DNA of 64,000 bases, from positions 18,795,045-18,859,044 of the forward strand of contig NC_092680.1 in the NCBI RefSeq assembly GCF_964355755.1. Direction: 5' to 3'. This DNA is from Antedon mediterranea. Its lineage: Eukaryota; Animalia; Echinodermata. The position numbers were made by a program, and so were the translations under genes. Shown here one piece after another: positions 27,901 through 39,685 of this stretch (positions are counted from its first letter, which is position 1; every line of letters begins with the position of its first letter). The notes beneath the pieces were generated by a model. That model made no database searches and was not told where the DNA came from. It was given only the letters and a program-made list of their open reading frames with translations.

Positions 27901-30900
27901 AATTGAAGCTGCCGGTTGAATTCCGTGCGAGATTACTAGACGTAAAGCTAAAACCACCAGAGATACTCTTAGATACACTTTTATGCTCCACATTGGAGAG
28001 CTTGTGTCGGTCCTGGAAGTTTGTTGTTGCTACTGTTGCCACAATACTATAAAAGTATAAAATGTAATAAAAAAAAAGATTTCAATTTGATCTTTAAAAC
28101 TTTATGTGACAACAAAATGTGATGTGCTCATATAATGGACATGATGATGTCATTTCACAACCATATTTAAGCATAGCACTACTATATTTGGACACATCAC
28201 GCTTTTTTGTCAAACTAGTTTGATAGTGTAGACAGAGCATAATACATATTTAGGGGATAAACAGGTTGTACACCTATTCAGTAAAGAAGTAAAAGACAAA
28301 TTTCTATTTTAATTTTTTTTTTTTTTCAAACTCAAACACACCAATTTAGTTGTATCCAACTGCTATTCATCTTATTTTTAAGTGGTTTGGGACAATCTGC
28401 TGATTGTTTGGAAGACAACAAGCAGTTAAATGGAATGGTTTATTTTGGCTTTTTATAAGCGAAATTTTAGTTCATTATAATATAATCTGTTTTGAGTGAA
28501 CAGCTTTATTAAAACCACAAAATGGCCCATTTAAAGTCTGGTTTTATTCATCTTTATCGTTTATGTTGTGTGATACAATACCTTGTTAATAATACAAGAA
28601 AATTTACAAGAGAATTTGAATTTAAGTTGTATTTAAATAAAGCTCAATTTAGCAATTCTGAAATTACACTTCAGGGAATAAGTTCATCGATAAACACTGT
28701 AGAATCAACAGCTTATTTGTTTTTATGTAAATCAAGAAAAAAGAAGGTACAATGCAAGTAAAAATTAATACTATTATTGTACCATTCAAATCAAAAGGAG
28801 TTGGGTAGTCGAGTGGTTAGGACACTTGACTGTCTGGTCATACAGAGAGACCTGGGTTAAATTTCCGATAACTCCCAGTCTACTCAGCTGCAAGTACCTG
28901 GTTCAAAATACTAGGGAGGATAAGGCGGCGTGGAAAGGAATTGGCCACCCTCCACATAATGCCAAGGCTTAAGTGAAATGAGCTCCTAACAGCTCATTAC
29001 CCTATGTGCAGAATTGATAAACGGGAGATTTACCTATATTATATTCAAATAATTATATTAAAAATACTTTAATTATAATATCAAGTGTTATCTTACCCAG
29101 ATGTTTTTGATATGACACGGTTCATTTTTTTAGGCAGTGATGGTGCACCTCGTGAGCTGCGTAAATACTTTTGTACCCATGTGCGCATACCATGTACGCT
29201 TTGGTATTCTGTAGAAGCTAGTCTTGACCAGGGATTTGTGTCAGTCATATCAAGTGCTGATAATGCCACTGCTTTGCCAACCTGTAGTACATTGTAGTTT
29301 ATTAAATATTATTCTAATTTCTAGTTTTAACTTTGAGAAATCTTGAGCTTAATGAGGCACAAGGTAAATTTATTTTAATTTATTATTATCCACTAACCAA
29401 ACACGAACAAAATATGTATTATGTCTTATTTTGTTCTTGCTAAAGTAAAAAAAAAAAAATATTTCTGGCTTTAGTTAAGACAAAGTACCAAGTAGGGTGA
29501 AGCCAAACTTATTTATGTGTTTTATACTTTGGGGTATCTTTCAATACGTTTCCTACTCAGTTACTAATTTTACATTTTATTATTCATAAATAAACATAAC
29601 AATTAGGACAAACGCTATGTATGGTATCATATATTCTTGCACACCGTCTAAACTTTTCCTTTTATGTTGTCTTTTATGAACTGTACATACAAAGAAACAG
29701 GTTTGATTTTAATCATGAATTATAGTCAACAAAATTCTCAAAATGTTTACAAAAAGCTGAGCGTGTAATAGTACCTTCAATCATTATATGTGATATGAAA
29801 TCAACCAATTAAATTGCAAGAATTTTTTTGTTATTTTTTAAGCACTATACAGTACATTTTCCTACCTCTTCAAAATGAGCAATGGTATATTTAGGTGGAA
29901 AGCCAGCTACCGGTGGTGGGGTAGCTCGGCCATTGTCGCATGAAGCGGGTGAAATTGAATTCATAAAGCGTCCACAGTTGTAATTGCACTCTAGTGTATA
30001 GCTGAAATTTAAAAATGTTAAATTAAGTACTGAAAGAAATACAAAACATTTTTTCAGCCGTAATCTCTTCAGGGTAATTTGTTTCTCAACACACTTAGCA
30101 TGTTAACACCATAGCTACTAAAAATGTGATCAGTCATATGTAGAATCTACTAATCCCTTTTTGTAAGTGTAAAATTTAGGCCTAGTCGCATCATGAAATT
30201 ACGTTTCTTGTCCACAGTATATAATCCACTTGTCTTATCATGAAAGCTATAAAAACAGGTACAGCTATGAAACAGGGTGACCAAAATTTGTTTTACCCAG
30301 TTTAATTTAAGTACTACTATTCTCTCAGCACTCACTACACTCGTCGATCCTATTTTCATCAACCTGCTGCTAAATCTGGGTACCTACATTTTTAGAAGAG
30401 AACCCAATCTGTTTGTAGCTGCAGTACATTTTGTTTACCTGTGTATTATTCCTGTTGCTTTATACATAGCGACTCTTCCGCTACCTTCTTTTGACATTCC
30501 ATCTCGTTTATCTTTGGTGTACATATTCCTCTCGGAGAAATTACATCCATCAAAATCAAAATGGGCTGTGTTCATGGATACAAGCTTTGGGTATAGTAAA
30601 TTTTCAACTTGTTTTTCTTCCTCCTCGAAATGATTACCATAAATAAAACAGCCACGTTTCGAGGCGTGGCCGTGTAGGTCAACATAAAATGCAATTCCGC
30701 TCTCATTTGGTGGTATAGAAAGTGCGGTATCTTCGTTATTTATATCATTAGTGATACTACTGGATTTGGCTACATCAATTTGTATATCAGTAGAACTGTG
30801 TTGGACATCAGATAAAATACTATCTGTGCTTATTGTTGGACTGGATATTGTGTCTAGCACACTTGAGGTTGTTTGGAGCGTTTCTTCTGACTTGACCCCG

Positions 30901-33900
30901 TTTAGCACCATATTAGTAGTTTCAACGGATTGTGAGATAGGGGTAGAGGTTGATGTTTCAAGATCAACAACCTCAGCAGTGTCTGGTATATTATTATGAG
31001 CACCTACAATAACATTTGGTGTGTTCATATCTGGACGGCATAATTCTGTAGCATCTTGTAAAACATTTAGTTTCTCAGTGTCTTTGGAATTGCACTGTTT
31101 ATCTTTAATTATTGCATGTGGATCTTTTTTACATAAGCGTGAGTTCACATGGTGATGAATGAAAACAGACTTAGCTGCAAAGATTGTGGGATGCGTTTCA
31201 AAGTGTGGATCAGTGTAAACCCGGTTTAAGTTGACTCCTCGCTGATCTGTTCGGTAGTGGCCACGCATTACACCATCTGGGTTTAATAACGGGATAAGCT
31301 TGAAGACATATTGTTTACGTAGTTGTACGGCTCGTGGATCAGTTGGACGTAGAATGAAGTCTAGAAATCCATTAAATACAAAACTTGCAGGGGTTTCTCC
31401 AGGATGGACACGGCTACTTAGAAAGAAGACCTAGATAAAAGCAAACAAAAGTTACTGAACATGAAACAAATATGTCCCAGACATGCTAGGTCAGATGTTT
31501 GTTATGTGTTTAGGAGGTTAGGGCAGGTTTGGAGTATTCTACTTGTGCATCATATCTGGACAATTAAATCCTTGATAACATAACAACCCTTCACTCACTC
31601 TCTCCAGTCTCAAGCCCTGTCTACACTATCAAACTAGTTTGATAAAAAAAGTCTGATGTGCCTAAATATGGTAGTGATGTGCCCAAATATGGTAGTGATA
31701 TGACATCATCGTGACCAAATATGAGCACATCAAATTTTTTTGTCACAAAAAGTTTGATAGTGTAGACAGAGATTTAGCTTCCTGATATTTTGTGTGCTCT
31801 TCCATTTCTCACTATAATAATAATAATTTATTTGGAGATTACACTTTTACAACAGTGGCACTCGACCAAATGGAAGGTGCATCCAAAAGAAATGTACAAA
31901 AAAAATAAACAACAAGATATAGAAAGTAACAATTACAAAAGATCATCACTAAAGATGCTATTTCTCCCAATTGTTTTCGATATGCTACTACCACTGTAGG
32001 CCTTTTTTGCAACTCATTTTCCTCAAACTTGAAACTTGGCATATCCACTGTTTACTATACTGTAGATGCTGATGCCTAAGGTTTTTTAAATAGCGTCTAT
32101 TTTTTAAAGTCTCACAATATTCATTTTCTAGAGTTAGGATCTCTGAAAAGGTATTAAAAGCCATAGGTAGATCCTGCCCTACCCCTTAAACTTGAATGTC
32201 ACCATGCAAACAATAGGAAATTAAGTTGTTATGGTTAATTTAAAATTGTTATGACCTGGGCTCTCCCTATTTAAAAAATCTTTGATCCGCCACTGAAAGT
32301 TGTGTATAAAATATTTACCCGCTTCTTTTCAAATACACAGGCGCGTGGTGTATGTATATCCGGAAACAAATTTGTTAACCTAGGCTCTCTTTTGTTTGTA
32401 ATACCATGATGTGAAGTTATAGTAATCAGGTCTACTCGTAGCTTGTCCAGGCTGTGGCATAACAGTTCTCGATGGTAGTAGATATCATCTGGTAGGCTAA
32501 AAATATAAAACAGATTACTTTAAATAATGCAAAAGTTTCCAATGCCAAATGCTTCAACCTGCACACAGTACAGAGTTTGTAAGTTTGCATAGAAAAATCT
32601 TTCCACAGCTTAGTCTACACCTTCAAACTAGTTTGATCAAAAAAAAAGTGTTATGTGCCCAAATATGGTAGCAATATGCTTAAATATGGTAGTGATATGA
32701 CATTATCATGTCCATATATATGGGCACATCACATTTTTATATTATTATATTATATAAAATGTAATAGCGTTGACAGAGCTTATGACTAAGGAAGAAAATA
32801 GATTTGGTGGAGGCATTTAAATGCTACACTCAAATTTTATTTCTCTTCCACAAAGAGAAGGCTTCAGAGGCCATTCAATTAACATTTATAAAAGGTAGGC
32901 AAGGATACACTATAATATCAAAATAATGACAAATATTTATAAAAGTGAAATAACTCACTTTTTATTCACTGGTTGTTTACTAAACCGACACTCAATTGCT
33001 TCAAACTTCTGCTGGTATTCCGTGTATGAAAATGGATAACAAAACGCAAAGTAAACGCTTGAGAATCGGTGCTCAAAACGATACATAAATGATAAAATAA
33101 ACTGACCATCAACATTCTATAAAAAAAATGACAATTTAAATATATATGTGTGATGATTCCTTTTTTAAATACCCAATTTTCATCTGTAAAGCCCTGTCTA
33201 CACTATCAAACTTTATGCGACAAAAAATGTGATGTGACCATAATATGGACATGTCATACCTCATCCATACATCCCAATTTTTTTGTCAAGCTAAATGTCC
33301 CTGTTCAATCATTAATAACTTTAAAATTATCTTAGGACTGATCCACCAAAAAAATCAGTAATTTTGAAAAAGAGATCAGCTTCATTAAGTCCAACCCGTA
33401 AACTAAACATACAAAGAGGAGTTAGTTAAGAAACGGACAGTGAAACTGAAAAGAAGCAAGTGGGACGAAGACGAGTTAAATCATATTACTACCATATTTG
33501 GGAACAACACACTTTTTTTTCAAACTAGTTTGATATTGTAGCCAGATCTTAACAAATTGTTACGATGTCTTCTGGGTTACAATGCTTTCACACGCTTATT
33601 TGATACTGTGTATGTTGTGTAATCAACATGTAAAAAACTCATTAAAATAAAAAGACATGCAGGTACTGTAAGCATACTGCTGTTGTGTATTACATTGATG
33701 TTTTATCGACATAGCGAGGCCTGTAAAGATGACAAATATGCAATTGTACATTGATTTTATTTCAATTTTATTCGATACTGATGCCATCAAGGACAAATAT
33801 CTGCATAAACAGACAAAACAATATAAATGCTGTAGATAAAAAAAAATTAAAAAATTACAATTATTTACAATTCAGTGTAATTATCGTCTTATAGAAAAGG

Positions 33901-35072
33901 GGCTAATATGAATTGCTGTATAGGTGAGAGAGAGGGAATGGTGAAGGATAGAGAGGTGGAATCGGAGATGAGAGGAATGTGATTTTTGTATGTGAATGTG
34001 GTATTATTAGTCATTATTTATACAATATTTTACCTCAAATGTTGGTCTTTCCCTGATACGCTCCCATTTTGGTTTCTGCGGAAGTACCTTAACCATGGGT
34101 GTCATGCCTTGGTTGTAGAGTTTCCCCTGCCGATTCATATTCATTATGTTTATCTTTATCAGCTTGTTCATTGGTCCTCCTTTCACAGCGAAATGGAACC
34201 ATGACCTGTAAGAATAACAATTATAAATGTACTTGTATTAAAACAATGACAATCTTTGATTGAAGGCACTGTTTCAAATATTGCTATTCCAAAAGCATTG
34301 TGAATATATTAAATGCATACTTTTGAATGAGAACATATTAATGTATATTTCATCATTTAATATCAAATATTATTGCTATTCAAATACATGTATTAGTTAG
34401 ATTGCATATTCAATGACAAACAACAATGCTTGGACATATTAATGCACTAAAATATTCTCTTGTTAAAGCATAAACAAACTAATTCCCTGATTATTGATCA
34501 AGCATTGCCACTGACCTTGCTATGTAAATAACAATACCCTTTTTAAAGTAGTTATATCAGCTGCTGCTTGTAAGGATTTTTTAGAGAGCTTTTATAACTT
34601 TCGTAAGTCCTTGATTGACACCGAAGTGTTTAAGGTGATGTCGTGAATAATGATGTCGTGAATAATGTTGCCGTAAAGCAGCAGCTGATATAAGCTACTT
34701 AAAAAATTGCAAAACGTTCGAGATTCCAACATGAACAATACAATTCATTGAAACAAAATGTTATTAAATTTGACCTTATGTAATGAATTTGATTAGGGTT
34801 TGGAGAATACTACAGATTCCAATTTAATATATTTCTTTGTTTTTTTCTACAAATGAATTATTTAATATTCACCTATTTCCATTTTCAAATTCTGTGCCTT
34901 CACAGTCAGGTGATGTCCATACTTTAAATTCGTAATCTGGAACTGGAGTAAGATCACCGATCCTAGAAATGATGGCAGTGTCTTCATCTTCATTTGACAC
35001 TCGCTCCACACGAGCTAAATTTCCAGAATCAAACTTGGAGGTGAAGAGAAGTCCTCCAGATCGACACTCCAT
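15857..35072 (-). CDS. AGBL5: Cytosolic carboxypeptidase-like protein 5 (CCP5, M14 family tubulin deglutamylase), multi-exon
   Basis: Phase-consistent GT-AG exons: 34873-35072, 34034-34205, 32959-33116, 32319-32496, 30439-31430, 29866-30001, 29097-29281, 27844-28046, 27275-27495, 25827-25916, 23662-23676, 22469-22554, 21569-21771, 20693-20747, 16375-16459, 15857-15952. Motifs: [79 protein letters not shown]. The low-complexity C-terminal exons are less certain than the catalytic ones. Confidence 0.93.
17535..17684. mobile_element. MITE family A copy
   Basis: TAA-AGCTCTGTCTACAC...GTGTAGACAGAGCT-TAA (TAA target-site duplication). Confidence 0.88.
18468..18600. mobile_element. Small MITE with TAGGGAGCT...AGCTCCCTA termini (family D)
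   Basis: Inverted termini; a related copy lies at 23384-23565. Confidence 0.55.
19735..20510. repeat. Degenerate TGA/TGATA/ATAAT microsatellite-like region in an AGBL5 intron
   Basis: Built from GATGATATAATGATAC-like motifs; the overlapping His/Ile/Ser ORFs in several minus frames are low-complexity artefacts. Confidence 0.9.
21243..21427. mobile_element. MITE family C (GG[C/A]CAATTTACACAGAC TIR)
   Basis: GGGACAATTTACACAGAC...GTCTGTGTAAATTGGCC; homologous to 57934-58095. Confidence 0.8.
21825..21973. mobile_element. MITE family A copy next to AGBL5 exon 21569-21771
   Basis: Both TIRs present, TAA TSD. Confidence 0.88.
22335..22449. mobile_element. MITE family A copy (short)
   Basis: Both TIRs present, TTA TSD. 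Confidence 0.85.
22673..23029. mobile_element. Tc1/mariner-like MITE (TA-CAGTAG...CTACTG-TA) with GGGACACC internal repeats
   Basis: Inverted termini with TA flanks; related fragments at ~45836-45996 and ~53870-54003. Confidence 0.55.
23384..23565. mobile_element. MITE family D copy
   Basis: TAGGGAGCTTTAAATTT...AAATTAAAAGCTCCCT. Confidence 0.55.
24254..24622. repeat. ~93-bp tandem repeat, 4 copies
   Basis: TAAGGCATGTTTTGTTTACCATACTTAGGCATAGGAACATACAG... starting at ~24254, 24345, 24441 and 24532. Confidence 0.9.
26049..26330 (+). mobile_element. tRNA-derived SINE family A
   Basis: CCTTAGGCAAGACACTT...CCTCTCTCCACCCTGCTGTATAAAATGGGTACC core and (TTA)n tail; homologous to the copies at 2693 and 38137. 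Confidence 0.75.
26933..27084. mobile_element. MITE family A copy
   Basis: Both TIRs present. Confidence 0.85.
28097..28238. mobile_element. MITE family A, partial copy
   Basis: Right TIR plus internal core. Confidence 0.75.
28796..29035 (+). mobile_element. Degenerate tRNA-derived SINE (different family)
   Basis: A-box-like TAGTCGAGTGGTTAGG and B-box-like GGTTAAATTTCC, followed by a GC-richer body. Confidence 0.5.
30439..31430 (-). CDS. AGBL5: AGBL5 large catalytic exon (zinc-binding HPGE and DLHGH motifs)
   Basis: [16 protein letters not shown]...[21 protein letters not shown]...[19 protein letters not shown]...[18 protein letters not shown]; contains ORF 30435..31268. Confidence 0.95.
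31613..31773. mobile_element. MITE family A copy
   Basis: Both TIRs present. Confidence 0.85.
32608..32779. mobile_element. MITE family A, degenerate copy
   Basis: AGCTTAGTCTACACCTTCAAACTAGTTTG...GACAGAGCT. Confidence 0.75.
33190..33549. mobile_element. MITE family A copy carrying a captured AGBL5 exon fragment
   Basis: Family-A ends flank ~190 bp (33298-33486) that is the reverse complement of 21609-21814. Confidence 0.85.
33298..33486 (+). pseudogene. Inverted pseudo-exon copy of AGBL5 exon 21569-21771 including its 3' splice site
   Basis: ttatcttag|GACTGATCCACC...TTTTGAAAAAGAGATCAGCTTCATT...GACAGTGAAACTGAAAAGAAGCAAG...CGAAGACGAGTTAAATCATAT; has a ~12-nt deletion and an in-frame TAA relative to the source exon. 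Confidence 0.85.
34540..34686. mobile_element. Small palindromic MITE-like element
   Basis: AAGTAG-TTATATCAGCTGCTGCTT ... AAGCAGCAGCTGATATAA-GCTACTT inverted arms. Confidence 0.55.
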
Positions 35073-35211
35073 TTTTTCCTCTAATTGATGGTTATTAAAG
35101 AATGAATCAAAAACAAGAAGGTGATTGATGCTACATTTCCAGGATCTTTTCTCTCACTTCTCTTTCCTCCAATCTGTAAGATATTGCAAAGATTTCTTCT
35201 CAATAATAATA

Positions 35212-35388
35212 ATGCACTGTCAATTGTATGACCCACTAGCTATACGACCCCCGGGAGAGGTGCGTCAATTGTCCAATAAGGTTTTTTGACGCACCCCTGC
35301 GTCAGTAATTATTTGTTAATGACGCACCCATAACACACCTCTCCCGGGGCTCGTATAGTATAGTGGGTCATACAATTGACAAGTGCAT
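35212..35388. mobile_element. Foldback/MITE with long inverted arms near the 3' splice site of AGBL5 intron 1
   Basis: ATGCACTGTCAATTGTATGACCCACTA..TATACGA.CCCCGGGAGAGGTG ... CACCTCTCCCGGGG.TCGTATA..TAGTGGGTCATACAATTGACAAGTGCAT. Confidence 0.7.
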
Positions 35389-35900
35389 AAACATAGACTT
35401 GGAAGAGAGAGAGTGAAAATAACTTTGTTTTTGCCATATGTTCACCTCACTCAGCTCAGCAGGGATCCTCTCTAAATTAACCAACCATGCACTGTTAAGG
35501 TTGCAGAGTTTGACAGATGACCTCACACTTTTGCTCCACTCAATTAAAACATTTTTTATCTTGTGCGTGGATCTGTATTGTGTGCCTAAATACGAACACC
35601 CTGAATACTAGCCTAGACTACTACGAACGTAATTTCCTAGAGTCTACAGTATTACTTACGCCTTCACCCTCCTGTTAGAACTGTATGCTAGGCCTAAGCT
35701 AGGCCGATGGATGCTACACTAACAAAACAATGGACGGCGTCAAGGCCACGTCGAATGCTAGCAAGTCTTGTCAATAGAAAATGAAAAGAATGCGAATGCG
35801 GCCTAACAAAACAATACAAAAAATACGGGTTTAGGCGCTACTGCAATTTATAAATTACGTATGCATATAATCACGGTCAAAATGAGAAATTTTATCTCTA

Positions 35901-36085
35901 CCTCCATAAATATTTCGGTTTTAAACTTGGTATTTTGACGAAAGAAATTTCAAGAGGCAATTTCAAGTTACTTGGTTAAAAAAAAACAGACTGCTATGGT
36001 TGCAGTCACTTGACCTAAATACTTGTTTTCAATTGGTCAATTTAGTAATCCACTAATCCATTCAATCATTTCTATTGGTTGATTA
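35901..36085 (-). promoter_or_regulatory. Probable AGBL5 non-coding first exon and promoter
   Basis: Donor GGAG|GTAGAG at ~35900, CCAAT boxes (ATTGG at ~36032 and ~36075), and an acceptor TTACAG at ~35174 preceding the ATG exon. Confidence 0.45.
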
Positions 36086-37444
36086 CAAATAAAGTTGGTG
36101 TAGTTTTTTAGGATAGACTTTTTTATGCGTAATTTTAAATTTAATTGATCATTTGAATAAATTATTGAAGGGATATAATTTTTGTCATAGTTATATTATT
36201 TTTCTTCATTTCTTTTTTAATTATTATTGCTTCATATGTTCATTTATTAGGGGTATCCCTTAAGGTCGAACTTAAGTACAGTGTTTTGGTACATGAGTAA
36301 ACTGCTGTTACTTTATTAATGTTATTATTTAATATTATGTCGCTGAATACAGTATTTACAGTATATAAATGCGATTTGAAAATTATATAATTACATAATT
36401 ACCGTATATTTATTATCAAAACACATGCGCCTTATATTGTATAAGAATCGGAACTCATTGGTGGTCTTAAGTCAGTTCCCACCATTTTTCTGAAAATCGT
36501 TGGAAATTGGGTAACCATACCAAATTATTAAAAAGAATGCATTTATTACGGTTAAAACTCATTTTTTAGGCCTATTTCTCCATATATTATATTTGATTTT
36601 CTCATTCTTCCTTTACCGCACCCGGTACATCTAGCCTATATGATATCGACTGTCGCAAGATTCGTTAAACATAACCTTATAAGAGTAGACTGCTGGGGAT
36701 CAATGTTAAACACCTAGTTAGAAGATAACAGCACAAAATATCAACAAAAACATTCAGCATTGTACATTGCCATTTATTTAATCAAATAAACATAATGTCA
36801 TATTTAATGAATGTTCATATCATTTCTCACATTTATTTTATAACGGATTTGTATAGTACAGAACATTATCAGATGATGTATAAAGTTTGTGGTACCACAT
36901 GTAGAGCTCGACGTTTCGATCAATATACTTCGATCGTTATTGTGAGAGAGTAGGCTACATGTAGTGATCCAGAAAAATGTATTTTAACGCAATCAAAAAG
37001 CACGATTATTGTTATACGCTTTATTTTTTTTTTCTACCTTTTATTTCAGGTGTGATGTGAAACATTTAAAATACGTTACATAGTTAAGTTACAAACTTAA
37101 GGTAAACTATGAAATACTATATGTTATAATCAGTGTCATGGTTCGTTTTAGATGAAGTAAGTTCATTACATCACTTGGTCAAACATGTTTACAACCCTTT
37201 ATGATGCATACAAACTGTAGGCGTAGGTTGAATATGATGTATTTAGTATTATGACGCTCATAGTCGACGAGAATTTCTTTTGCGTCGACGCAACAGCCTT
37301 GTGCTAGCTTCGTCAACCCCATGCACCATTATTCCATATTGGAAGAGATTTGTCTAAAGGCTTCTGTTTGATCTTTGTACACTTCGCATGCAAAAAGACA
37401 TCCCCTTTTCCGTGTAGTCCGACAATCTTCCGATCACACGTTCT

Positions 37445-39579
37445 CTATGGAGTACCAGGAGAGCTGTCCAGTCGATGACACGGGTGACTCGGGTGGGCCT
37501 TAGGGCTGTTGTGTGGGTGGTGGTGATCGTAGTTTGGATAGTGACCGTAATGATGACATAGTTCTTCACCATTTACATTCTTTTTTACCTAAAAAAATAT
37601 AATATAGATCTATTGTGATATGCTATTAATTAAAGAGGCATTCCTATCCCCAAAATATGAAAGAACAATCGAATCAAACAAATTAATGTCAATTTTAATA
37701 ACTTATACCGCGTTTACGTTAATAACATTGCAGTAGTTGTTGTTGTTGAATAATTTATGTTGGCAAGGAATTAAGGGTGAATAAGATATAACTTTAAATC
37801 TTGGCAAAGTATCACATAAGCGATCCTCCAGGGTAGCACGGAAGTTCTAACTCAGCTGATGGAAATTTACAAACTTCGGTCAGTCTATTTGAAGGGATTT
37901 GTACGTCATATGCCTATTATTTACCAGCAGCCATCAAAATAGGAGTTACATGTAATGTAATGTATCGATCAGTGAACATCCTGCAACATGCAAGTTATTG
38001 CCCCATTTCACCGCCCCTCTCCCACCATTTCCCATCCTCCCTCTCCCACCATTTCCCATCCTCCCTTTCCCACCATTTCCCATCCTCCCTCTAAATTTCG
38101 AAAAATTTCGGTGCAAAAATATGCAGGCACTTTTAAGGGCGTGTGTGGGACGTTGAACTACCGATCGTCAGACCGAGATTCAAATCCAACTCTCGCCGCA
38201 ATGCTTATATATCCGTAGGCAAGATACTTTACTTATGTTTGCCTCTCTCCACCCAGGTGTATAAATGGGTACCCGGTTAGATCAAGACATAACTTTGCGC
38301 TGAATACTAGCTGCATTATGGGAGTATGTTTCCATACGTGTTTGATCCAAAAAAATGACTGGGGTGATAATGTTCAGCGCATTGAGAGCTTGCTTATAAT
38401 GTGCTATATAAGAATGAACAATTATTACTCCTCCTCCCCTTTCAAAATAATAACGATATCTAGATAGTATACCTTTACATTTTGTATAATAGGCCTATGA
38501 CAAAAAGTCAATGGCTCTTTTTTGTCATTTTTGTTAGGCGAGTTTCGATTTCTTTAAAAAAAAAACCCACCCGTATCGTAGCGCCTACGTCAGAGCAAGG
38601 CAATCTAATCAGAGCCTGGCCTATTTCATTTATCATTTATCTTTTTATTTCGGAATATCATGGTGACATAATATTATATCCATAGTAAAAGAGAGAAAAA
38701 AAAATCTTAATCTAACAGCTCATAGAACAAAAACAAAGATATGTAAATATATAAAGTCAATGCAACAAAGCATTCCATTGTATGTGCATTCTTGACACAT
38801 TAAGAACGTGGCGATTAATGGCCATGATCAAGGAATTACTACTTGCGTTCACACGATATTTAAAACTAAAAAAACAGATTTTCCAATGAACTCATCAAAG
38901 GATGGGACGTCATTTAAGACAAACATCATGCTTGCACTACAATGTCTAGGCTGCTTCAGCAGCAAACGTAAGGCATTGTTATAACATAGGCCTACTTTCA
39001 GTGATCTCAGAGTGCTCTATTATATCTACCATGACCTCAGTATCTTAACTACAGGTGAAGGGGTACCCCTGTCAATTAGGGTCTTGAAAAGTGTCCAGTG
39101 GTTCACTTTATCAAAGGCTTTGCTAGCGTCCAAGAAACAGCAATAAACATGGGCTACCATGATTGTTGTAATGTAATGCTCGATAATCTGTTTAAGAGCA
39201 AATATACACAGTTCGGTTGAGTGACCAGATTTGAAGGCAAACTGGTTGTCATGGGAGTCCAGTGAATTACCACTATATGTATATCAAATATATTAATTAA
39301 TATTATTAGGTTATGCCTATACTACTGAATTGTTGTAAATATAAATGGTAACTTACGTCGGATGGCTTTGTATTTCTTCGCTCGGGTGGTGATCCAGAAC
39401 CTGCAGAGGAAGAAGATTGATCATGACTAATGTTTGTATATTAATGTTCACAATAATAGCAGCAGACGTTTCGTAAAACTAAACTTAAATTTCAGTATAG
39501 TTGAGATCGAATCAAATAATACAAATCAATTAATCTATCACAACAAAGGTCATAACTTACCTTTCTCAATTCTGTCCAT
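37445..39579 (-). CDS. Putative 3-exon gene for a 68-aa His/Pro-rich microprotein
   Basis: Exons 39561-39579 (ATG...AAAG|gtaagt), 39357-39400 (ctgcag|...GAC|gtaagt) and 37445-37588 (ttttag|...TAG) join in frame: MDRIEKGSGSPPERRNTKPSDVKKNVNGEELCHHYGHYPNYDHHHPHNSPKAHPSHPCHRLDSSPGTP*. TATAAA ~100 nt upstream of the ATG; AATAAA at ~36772 and ~36832. Confidence 0.65.
38137..38427 (+). mobile_element. tRNA-derived SINE family A
   Basis: B-box-like GATTCAAATCC; core GTAGGCAAGATACTT...CCTCTCTCCACCCAGGTGTATAAATGGGTACC; tail GTGCTATATAAG...ATTATTA. Confidence 0.78.
39057..39265 (-). mobile_element. Non-LTR retrotransposon (LINE) reverse transcriptase fragment, degenerate
   Basis: Minus strand reads, with frameshifts, DNQFAFKSGHSTELCIFALKQIIEHY...VYCCFLDASKAFDKVNHWTLFKTLIDRGTP, matching the LINE RT motifs QFGF..ST and FLDASKAFD.V.H. 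Confidence 0.8.
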
Positions 39580-39678
39580 AATTGTCGAGTTTGTGATACC
39601 GTACTTGTAGAACTAGAACTTCCAATATTGTTTGTAGATATACAAAATCTTATGTGCGGGGTGATGAAATTCAATAAT

Positions 39679-39685
39679 ATTTATA
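39679..39685 (-). promoter_or_regulatory. TATA box candidate for the microprotein gene
   Basis: TATAAAT on the minus strand ~100 nt upstream of ATG 39579. Confidence 0.45.

Noticed and set aside
36900-36950. Second hammerhead-like motif (GATCGAAACGTCGAG on the minus strand)
   Set aside because: The CUGAUGA box is absent; at most a decayed Penelope remnant.
37354-37572. 72-aa ORF MVKNYVIITV... from the ORF track
   Set aside because: Overlaps the microprotein's third exon in another frame; the upstream spliced ATG exon joins in frame to the His-rich reading instead. Not fully excluded.
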